Of a stretch of DNA of 64,000 nt, positions 57,901 to 64,000 are shown piece by piece. A program made the position numbers and the translations under genes. The stretch's first letter is position 1. Each line of letters starts with the position of its first letter. Below the pieces are notes generated by a model. That model had not been told where the DNA came from and ran no database searches. It worked only from the letters and a program-made list of their open reading frames with translations. Source of the DNA: Candidatus Pacearchaeota archaeon (GTDB lineage Archaea; Nanobdellota; Nanobdellia; Pacearchaeales; GW2011-AR1); contig JAVZZP010000001.1 in the NCBI GenBank assembly GCA_038885615.1, positions 198,646 through 262,645 of the forward strand. The letters run 5' to 3'.

Positions 57901-58329
57901 GTCTTTAATTCTTCTTATAAATATTTGCCGAATATGAAAGAAAAAGTTGAAAAACAAATGGAAGTTGTTAATAAAATAAGGGCTGTTGATGCTTCAGATG
58001 TTGCTCGTTTGATTATTGATAGGCATTTTATTAGAGATATAAGAGGAAATTTAAGAAAGTTTTCACAACAGGAATTTCGTTGTAGCACTTGCAATGAAAA
58101 ATATAGAAGGCCTCCTTTATGCGGAAAATGCTTGAAATGTGGCGGAAAAATTATTTTTACTATTTCAGAGGGTTCAATAAAAAAATATTTGGAGTTTGCT
58201 CTCAATCTGGCTAGGAATTATAACATACCTCCATACTTAAAGCAGTCTTTAGATTTAGCTAAAAAATACATAGAGGAAGTTTTTGGAAAAGAGGAAGACA
58301 AGCAAGTTGATTTGAAGAGTTGGTTTTGA
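54892..58329 (+). CDS. polC: DNA polymerase II (PolD) large subunit DP2
   Basis: GRPIFGHPSRSGAFRFRYGRGRTSG region, Zn-finger clusters (CPKCEKEVIYPKCPFC; CSTCNEKYRRPPLCGKCLKCGG). 1145 aa, no intein. Confidence 0.9.
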   Translation: MKNKSEEYFRVLNEKVKEEYELAKKAREKGFDNTNEVEVPLASSLAEKAVGLIATIYPQLKDSKISKRIIELEEEYGKLDPAICLKIAEEIAKEKFCKFKSLLEGIDAGIRVGFAYITLGVVSSPIEGFTGLKIGKRRDGKEYFMPYFSGPIRSAGGTGAAFSLIIIDYLREIFGYEKYDPSQEEIKRVFTEIVDYHERITNLQYFPTEEEILFLAENVPLQICGDPTEELEVSNFKDLPRIDTNRIRGGICLVLAEGLAQKAAKILRMVKGLREKGFKLSDWDFLEKYVEIHKKREKGSKDITPTYIKDLVAGRPIFGHPSRSGAFRFRYGRGRTSGFSATSIHPATMFLTNSFISNGTQLKIERPTKGCVVTACDLIEGPIVKLKNGSVKKISDVEEAKKIYENVEEILYLGDILFSLGDVINRNSELIRPGYVEEWWYLELKSFIKEDINPFAVSLEEAIFYSEKYKVPLHPKYIFYWSQVQKEMFLNLLELISEGTYNEKLILPYSSSFKEKFILGKRCLEIAGIEHDVFLDNIILKETNAFFINLGLTKENFKEKSKELFQKFSESNKDVLDFINDFSFFKIKDKAGEFIGARMGRPEKAKLRKLTGSPNVLFPVGEEGGRFRSVNEACSIGFVSADFPLFYCPKCEKEVIYPKCPFCNEQAEKRFFCEDCGGIIRKKCEHKNCFGFKTKKLNVKDYFDNAVSLLNLDKNELPQLIKGVRGTSSENHEVENLVKGFLRAKYGLCVNKDGTIRYDATEIPMTHFKPFEIGISLEKLKELGYNYDSFGNPLEKEDQIVTLMPHDILLPSCPVSADEKADDVFFKVSKFLDELLEKLYGLPPFYNLKSKEELIGKLVVCMAPHNCAGVIGRIIGFTKMQGIVASPFMHAAMRRDCDGDEAAVMLLLDVLINFSLKYLPSHRGGTQDAPLVLNTHIREGEVDDQILDLETCWNYPLELYQLAENKKHSSEVKIDNVKIFLKKGINSFEEIGFTHDTSNIHLGVFNSSYKYLPNMKEKVEKQMEVVNKIRAVDASDVARLIIDRHFIRDIRGNLRKFSQQEFRCSTCNEKYRRPPLCGKCLKCGGKIIFTISEGSIKKYLEFALNLARNYNIPPYLKQSLDLAKKYIEEVFGKEEDKQVDLKSWF

Positions 58330-58336
58330 ATCTAAA

Positions 58337-59530
58337 TTAGAAAGGTAGATACCACAAAATTGTTGGTAGCATTAAGCAGCCCATTAAAAATCCTTTTCTT
58401 ACACCTAAATAACTTGCTGTTAAGCCGAGCAAAGTTGAAGAAACAAGAACTAGAATTCCTTTAAATCCGCTAACAAGAAAAACAACTAGAAACAAAAAGA
58501 AAATTATTCCTTTTGAGAGTTTATCGTAATTTATTTTTGTTATGTTTTTAGCAAAGAACTTTGAAATTTTTAAGGTTAGAAAAAAACAAATTATTGTTGT
58601 TAAAATCATTGTTGCTATAATGTATGTTAATTCTGTTTTTCCTATTGTTGTTAATTGAGAAATTGCTGCTGCTAGACCGCTTCTTTTTTTGTTTGTCAAA
58701 TAAAAAATTAGGAAAGAAACAGACAAAACTAGAGTATTTGTGCTTCCAACCAAAATTAAAAATTCTTTTTGAGAAATTCTTTTAAAAAAACTTGTTCCTA
58801 TAATTGCAGATTGGCTTGCACCCATCCCTGGAAGAAAAGAGCAAATTGGAGAAACAATTGTCGTGGCTAAAAAAGGTTTTTTTATTTCTTTAAAATTAAT
58901 TTTTGTTTTTTCAATTTTTTGTTCTGGTGGAGATGAATTTTGAGAGATAGAATAAATTAAAGTACTTGTCCCGAACAATCCTGTTAGCAAAGGCAGTAGT
59001 GGTTGGTTTATTGAAAGATTTGTTGAAGCAATTCCGAGAATTCCGGACAAAATAAAAATTATGAAAGCTTTTTTTCTTTCTTCTTCTTTTATTAAGAGAA
59101 AAATAGCTGCCCAAATTAAAAAGAAAGCCATCATTTTTTCAATGAAGTTTTGAATTTTTGGAATAATAAAGATTAAAAGGGGTGTAATTAATAAAAAAAT
59201 AACTACAGCGATTATTGAACCAATAAGAGTTGATTGTACTGCTTCATGACCTCGACCTTCAAGAAGCATTTTATGGCCTGGCAAAACAGAAAGAGAGTTT
59301 TCTTCGTCTGGAGCACCAAGATAAATTGAGGGGATTGCATCAATGAAAGTGTTTGTCAAGCCCATTGAAACTATTAAAACTACTATTGATATTGGAGAGA
59401 AATAATTTAGAAGTAATGGAGAAATTGAAAGAAGAAAAACAGCTAAAAGATTTGTATGGATTCCAGGTGTTAGACCCGTTATAACTCCTAGCAAAATTCC
59501 AACAAAAAGAAAAATTAGCAATTCAAACAT
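58337..59530 (-). CDS. TctA-like (DUF112) polytopic membrane protein
   Basis: N-terminus LLGVITGLTPGIHTNL resembles the TctA family; about 10 TM helices. Confidence 0.45.
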   Translation of the reverse strand: MFELLIFLFVGILLGVITGLTPGIHTNLLAVFLLSISPLLLNYFSPISIVVLIVSMGLTNTFIDAIPSIYLGAPDEENSLSVLPGHKMLLEGRGHEAVQSTLIGSIIAVVIFLLITPLLIFIIPKIQNFIEKMMAFFLIWAAIFLLIKEEERKKAFIIFILSGILGIASTNLSINQPLLPLLTGLFGTSTLIYSISQNSSPPEQKIEKTKINFKEIKKPFLATTIVSPICSFLPGMGASQSAIIGTSFFKRISQKEFLILVGSTNTLVLSVSFLIFYLTNKKRSGLAAAISQLTTIGKTELTYIIATMILTTIICFFLTLKISKFFAKNITKINYDKLSKGIIFFLFLVVFLVSGFKGILVLVSSTLLGLTASYLGVRKGFLMGCLMLPTILWYLPF

Positions 59531-59787
59531 ATTATTTTTGTTGCAATTATTTGATTTTTATTTTGGAAGGAGCCAAAAATTTTTATTTCATTTTCTTTTT
59601 TTAAACTGATTTGTTTATCAAAAATAAGTATCTCTACAGAAGGGTTTTCTAAAACTATCGTTTTTGGAAAGCCATTTTTTATTTCTTTTATTTTTCCTTC
59701 AACGACAGGTTTTTGAAATTCTGAAAGCAAAAGCAAAATCAAAATTAAGATTATGCTTAAAATCAGGAAAAGACGTTCTTTTCTCAT
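59515..59787 (-). CDS. small secreted/membrane-anchored protein
   Basis: N-terminal hydrophobic segment; 90 aa. Confidence 0.3.
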   Translation of the reverse strand: MRKERLFLILSIILILILLLLSEFQKPVVEGKIKEIKNGFPKTIVLENPSVEILIFDKQISLKKENEIKIFGSFQNKNQIIATKIICLNC

Positions 59788-60689
59788 TCTACTTTCAACT
59801 CAACAACATCTTTATCTTTTAATATATGATCAAGACCGACTGTTTGTCCTGGAAACTTTGAGGATGGGCCCCAAATTTTTGCGTTTTTTACTTTATTCAG
59901 AAGATTTCTAGAAATTTTTTCAATAGCATCTTTTATTGTTGAGTTTTCTTTCAAAATAAGCGGTTCTTTAGAGGGTTCTTTTTTTGGTTCTTTTGTATAA
60001 ACCCTAACAACATTAAAACTTTCAAAAATTTTTCTTTTTAGTTCCTCTAGATTTTCGTTTTGATTTAGCAAAAAGAAAGAAAAGAATTCTTTGTATTTTG
60101 ATTTTATTGTTTCTTTTATTTTTCTTTTTTCTTCTTCAGAAAGCAAATCTGTTTTGTTAAAAACTAGAATTTTTTTCGCCTTTGATTTTTCTAAAAAAGG
60201 TTTTGAGTTTGTTATTTGCTCTAGATTTTCAACAACCAAAATTAAGGTGTCTGTATTATTTACTATTCCTCTATCCTCATTTGGAAAAGAAGGCATGTCT
60301 ATAATTTGAATTTTTATGTCCTCGAAATCAAAAGTTCCTAAATCAGGTTCTATTGTTGAGAAAGGATGCTGGGAGATTTCAATGTTTTGCTTCGTTAGAT
60401 TTTTGAAAAGGGTTGTTTTTCCAGAGTTGGGAAAACCCACAAGAACACATTGAATTTCTGCTTTTTTTATCCCTTTTTGAGTTGTTTTTCCAGATGATTT
60501 TTGTTTTTCCAGGTTTTCTGTTAGTTTTTTTAAACGACTTCTTAATTCTGCCCGGAGATTTTCAGCTCCCTTGTGAGAAGGAGCGAGAGAAATCATTTTT
60601 TTGAGTTTTTCAATTTTTTCTTCAAGTGTTTTGGCTTCTAAATATTCTTTTTCTGCTTTTACAAATTCAGGGCTTGCATTGACCGGCAT
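59784..60689 (-). CDS. DRG-family (Obg-like) GTPase with C-terminal TGS domain
   Basis: DRG-like N-terminus (KAEKEYLEAKT...LRAELRSRLKKL), G1 motif GFPNSGKTT, TGS-like C-terminus (AKIWGPSSKFPGQTVGLDHILKDKDVVEL). Confidence 0.75.
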   Translation of the reverse strand: MPVNASPEFVKAEKEYLEAKTLEEKIEKLKKMISLAPSHKGAENLRAELRSRLKKLTENLEKQKSSGKTTQKGIKKAEIQCVLVGFPNSGKTTLFKNLTKQNIEISQHPFSTIEPDLGTFDFEDIKIQIIDMPSFPNEDRGIVNNTDTLILVVENLEQITNSKPFLEKSKAKKILVFNKTDLLSEEEKRKIKETIKSKYKEFFSFFLLNQNENLEELKRKIFESFNVVRVYTKEPKKEPSKEPLILKENSTIKDAIEKISRNLLNKVKNAKIWGPSSKFPGQTVGLDHILKDKDVVELKVE

Positions 60690-60784
60690 ATTTTTATTTG
60701 GAAAACTGTTTTTATAAAATTTGTTAATTCTTTTTAGTTTTAAATATTAGTTAACTTTTTAACTTTCTTTTATTTTTCTTTTTT

Positions 60785-61447
60785 ATGAGATTGGGGGTTT
60801 TATTTTCAGGTGGAAAAGATTCAACTTACGCAACTTTCCTCGCTAAAAAAGAAGGTTATGAAATTTCTTGTTTAATTTCTGTTTTTTCAGAAAACAAAGA
60901 TAGTTTTATGTTTCACACTCCTGCAACGAATATGGTTGAAAAGCAGGCAAAATTAATGGGTGCTCCTGTAATTATAAGAAATACTAAAGGGCAAAAAGAA
61001 AAAGAACTAAAGGATTTAGAAGAGGTAATAAAAGAAGCTATAAAAAAATACAAAATTGAGGGCGTAGTTACAGGTGCTGTTGAAAGTGTTTATCAGGCAT
61101 CTAGAATACAAAAAATTTGCAATGAACTTAAAATTGAGTGCTTTAATCCGCTCTGGCAGAAAAACCAATTTGAACTTTTAGAAGAATTATTAAAGAACAA
61201 TTTTAAGGTTATTATTTCTGCTGTTGCTGCTTATCCTTTTGATAAATTATGGATAGGAAGGGAAATTAATAAAAAAACCATCTCAGAACTTAAAAAAATT
61301 CATGAAAATTTTAAGATAAATCCTGCCGGAGAGGGCGGAGAGTTTGAAAGTTTGGTTTTGAATTGTCCTTTGTTTAAAGAAGAATTAAAAGTTAAACTTA
61401 AAGAAGTTATTGGTCAAGGAAATTCTTGGAGAGGTATTTTTGAATGA
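60785..61447 (+). CDS. Dph6-like PP-loop ATPase (diphthine-ammonia ligase domain, MJ0570 family)
   Basis: FSGGKDS PP-loop and the overall MJ0570-family pattern. Confidence 0.7.
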   Translation: MRLGVLFSGGKDSTYATFLAKKEGYEISCLISVFSENKDSFMFHTPATNMVEKQAKLMGAPVIIRNTKGQKEKELKDLEEVIKEAIKKYKIEGVVTGAVESVYQASRIQKICNELKIECFNPLWQKNQFELLEELLKNNFKVIISAVAAYPFDKLWIGREINKKTISELKKIHENFKINPAGEGGEFESLVLNCPLFKEELKVKLKEVIGQGNSWRGIFE

Positions 61448-61980
61448 GGGTTTTGATAATTTCAACCTGCAAGGAAAAATTACACGAGTTTGAATTTGTT
61501 GAGCCGATAAAAGATATTGTAAAAGAAAGAAGTTTTGATTTTTTTGTTAAGAATTACAGAGGAGTTTGCGAAGAGGATTTTAAGAATTGCAATAAAATTA
61601 TTATTTCCGGTACTTCTTTAAGAGATAATGACTTTTTGAATTATATTGAGAAGTTTGGTTTTCTTAAAGATATAGAAAAGCCTATTTTAGGAATATGCGC
61701 AGGGATGCAAATTTTAGGAATTCTGTTTAAAGGTAGGATAAAGAAAAAAACAGAGATAGGTCTTCTAAGAGAAAATTTTTTAAAAAATTTTTTAGGTTTA
61801 GAAGGGCAAAAAGAAGTTTGGCATCTTCATAACAATTTTGTAAGTTTCGGTAAAGATTGGGAGGTTTTTTGTCAGAGCAACGGAATTCAGAAAGCAGTAA
61901 AGCATAAGAAAAAAGAAATTTATTGCTGTTTATTTCATCCAGAGGTTAGGAATAAAGATATTATAAGGAGATTTTTATAG
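61444..61980 (+). CDS. class I glutamine amidotransferase
   Basis: GICAGMQIL (catalytic Cys) and CLFHPEV (His). Confidence 0.6.
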   Translation: MRVLIISTCKEKLHEFEFVEPIKDIVKERSFDFFVKNYRGVCEEDFKNCNKIIISGTSLRDNDFLNYIEKFGFLKDIEKPILGICAGMQILGILFKGRIKKKTEIGLLRENFLKNFLGLEGQKEVWHLHNNFVSFGKDWEVFCQSNGIQKAVKHKKKEIYCCLFHPEVRNKDIIRRFL

Positions 61981-61982
61981 GT

Positions 61983-64000
61983 CTAATTCTTTCTCTTTAC
62001 AAACTCCTGCATATTTTCTGTCCAAAAATTTTTTTTGTTGTTTATGTATTTAAGAATATCAAAAACAATTAAGACCGATAAAGAAGTTATAATTCCAAAA
62101 AATAAGTAAAAAGTTTTTATTGGTGTTGTTTCAAAAATTTTATTAAAGAGAGGATTATAAATTGTTAAAATAGTGATTATTATTGCGAATAAAGAAGCAA
62201 AGAAAAGAGGCTTATTTGTGAAAGGGCTTCTGTTGAGAGAGGTTTTTCTGAATGAACGGAAGTTAAATGCGTTTGTTATTCCGAAGAAAACCATTGTTGC
62301 AAAAGTTATTGTTCTTGCAGCTATTTCTTCTTTTCCTTTTTGCAATACATAATAAAACATTGCTAATGAGCCAAGAGACATAATTATTCCAGCAAGAACC
62401 ATCATAAAAAATAAGGGGCCCGTAATTATCTCAGATTTTTTTCTTGGTTTATGATTTACTACATCATGAGAATAAGGATTAAAGGCAAGAGTTATTGCAG
62501 TTATTTCGTCGGAAAAAAGATTCATAAACAAAATTTGTATGGCAACAAGAGGGGCCGGCAGATTTAAAAGAATTGCTAAAAAAATAAGCATAACCTGTGA
62601 GAAATTTATAGAAATTTGATATGTTGTAAACTTTTGGATATTTGAGAAAATTGTTCTTCCTTCTTTTATTGCTTCAACTATTGTTGCAAAATTGTCATCT
62701 TTTAAAGTTATGTCAGCTACCTCTCTCGAGACATCTGTTCCAGCTTTCCCCATTGCTACACCAATATGTGCTTCTTTTAGGGAAGGAGCGTCATTTACTC
62801 CGTCCCCAGTCATTGTTACGATTTCTCCGTTCATTTTTAGTGCTTTAACAATTTTTAGTTTGTGTTCTGGTTTTACTCTTGCGAAAATCACTATTTCACC
62901 TACTATTTTTGAAAGTTCCTCTTCTGTTAGTTTTTCTAGTTCTTTTCCTTCAATGACTTTTCCAGAAAGACCAATTTGGTCTCCGATAGAAATAGCTGTT
63001 TCTTTATTATCACCCGTGATCATTTTAACTTTTATTCCTGCCTGCTTGCAAGTTCTTATTGCTTCAGCAACTTCAGGTTTTGGCGGATCTTCTATTGCAA
63101 CAATTCCTAAAAAAATTAGATCTTCTTCTTTTATTGTATTTGTTTTTACTGGCTTATAGGCAAGTCCGAGTGTTCTATATGCTTCTGAGTTAAATTCCTT
63201 ATTTATTTCTAGAATTTTTTTCTTTTCTTTTTCTGTCATTCTGAAAATTCCATCCTTTCTTTCAATAAACTTGCATTTTTCAATAAGAATTTCAACAGCC
63301 CCTTTTGTGTAAATTATTTTTTCTTTGTCTTTCACTTGTAAAACGGACATAATTTTTCTAGAAGAATTAAAAGGTATTTCTTCTATTCTTTTTCCTTTAA
63401 TATCTTCTTTGTATAAATCAATTTTTGAGGCAAGAACTAGCAATGATGCTTCTGTTGGCGAACCAATTATTTTAAATTCTTTATCTTCGCCTGTTCTTTC
63501 TATGAGAGCATCATTACAATAGACGCCAGTTTCAATTAATTTCATTAAAACTCTTTCTTTTTTTGGATTAATTTTTTCTTTTTCTAAAAAGAAATCACCA
63601 TGACCTTCATAACCAACTCCCGAAACATCAAAAATTTTACCATCGGTCAAAATTTTTTTTACAGTCATTTCACCTTTTGTTATTGTTCCTGTTTTGTCAG
63701 AGCAAATTACTGTTGTTTCCCCGAGGGTTTCTATAACAGACATTCTATTTACTATTGCATTTTTTTTCGCCATTCTATAGGCTCCTGTAGATAGAGAAGT
63801 TATTAAAACGACTGGAAAACCTTCTGGAAAAGATGCGACTGCGACAGCAACCGCTATAATCATCGCTTCAATTAATCTTTCATTAGTTAACTGCGGGGCT
63901 TTGAGAATCATCATTAATGCAGTAAGCAAGGAAAAAGTTATTCCAAAAATTGCCAATCTTTTTGCTATTCTGTTCATTTTTTTCTGAAGAGGCAATTCTT
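61983..64000 (-). CDS. type II P-type cation-transporting ATPase, 5' partial at window edge
   Basis: DKTGTIT, PEGFPVV (PEGLP-like), MITGDNKETA and GDGVNDAPSL motifs. The N-terminal actuator domain and TM1-2 region lie beyond the window. Confidence 0.85.
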   Translation of the reverse strand, partial: ELPLQKKMNRIAKRLAIFGITFSLLTALMMILKAPQLTNERLIEAMIIAVAVAVASFPEGFPVVLITSLSTGAYRMAKKNAIVNRMSVIETLGETTVICSDKTGTITKGEMTVKKILTDGKIFDVSGVGYEGHGDFFLEKEKINPKKERVLMKLIETGVYCNDALIERTGEDKEFKIIGSPTEASLLVLASKIDLYKEDIKGKRIEEIPFNSSRKIMSVLQVKDKEKIIYTKGAVEILIEKCKFIERKDGIFRMTEKEKKKILEINKEFNSEAYRTLGLAYKPVKTNTIKEEDLIFLGIVAIEDPPKPEVAEAIRTCKQAGIKVKMITGDNKETAISIGDQIGLSGKVIEGKELEKLTEEELSKIVGEIVIFARVKPEHKLKIVKALKMNGEIVTMTGDGVNDAPSLKEAHIGVAMGKAGTDVSREVADITLKDDNFATIVEAIKEGRTIFSNIQKFTTYQISINFSQVMLIFLAILLNLPAPLVAIQILFMNLFSDEITAITLAFNPYSHDVVNHKPRKKSEIITGPLFFMMVLAGIIMSLGSLAMFYYVLQKGKEEIAARTITFATMVFFGITNAFNFRSFRKTSLNRSPFTNKPLFFASLFAIIITILTIYNPLFNKIFETTPIKTFYLFFGIITSLSVLIVFDILKYINNKKNFWTENMQEFVKRKN

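Noticed and set aside
1-64000. CRISPR arrays
   Set aside because: No regularly spaced direct-repeat array was seen. The only tandem repeats are short coding repeats (45860-45895; 46640-46790) and the operator-like motifs.

Overview
AT-rich (~30% GC) archaeal chromosomal fragment, most likely from a DPANN-type (Woese-/Pacearchaeota-like) archaeon. This rests on archaeal-only markers: Orc1/Cdc6 next to a predicted oriC, the two D-family DNA polymerase subunits, archaeal DnaG, the AglB oligosaccharyltransferase, an intron-containing tRNA-Leu, a form II/III RuBisCO, a eukaryotic-type DRG GTPase, Dph6, and an rpl18e-rpl13-rps9 cluster. Most other genes are housekeeping (MetRS, CysRS, TrmY, SecDF, Lhr helicase plus metallophosphoesterase) or belong to two glycosylation loci (AglH/AglB with a lipid-linked modification trio; a galactofuranose-type polysaccharide cluster containing glf). 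Candidate accessory regions are: (1) a five-gene copper-export operon flanked by two GC-rich noncoding islands that share a 14-nt direct repeat, next to a frameshifted integrase, with copA split from its metal-binding domain by a single in-frame TAG; (2) an island inserted after rps9 that carries two nucleotidyltransferase genes, a serine-recombinase relic, a possible HEPN-like ORF and an intact XerC/D-type recombinase; (3) three wHTH regulators with a palindromic TGTTTAAACA-type motif repeated in a promoter and inside coding tandem repeats. Several genes are disrupted (integrase, Trbp111, a methyltransferase, copA). Four tRNAs were found (Phe, Gly, Leu with a 49-nt intron, Ser). All coordinates and calls come from manual reading of the sequence and are unverified by search.
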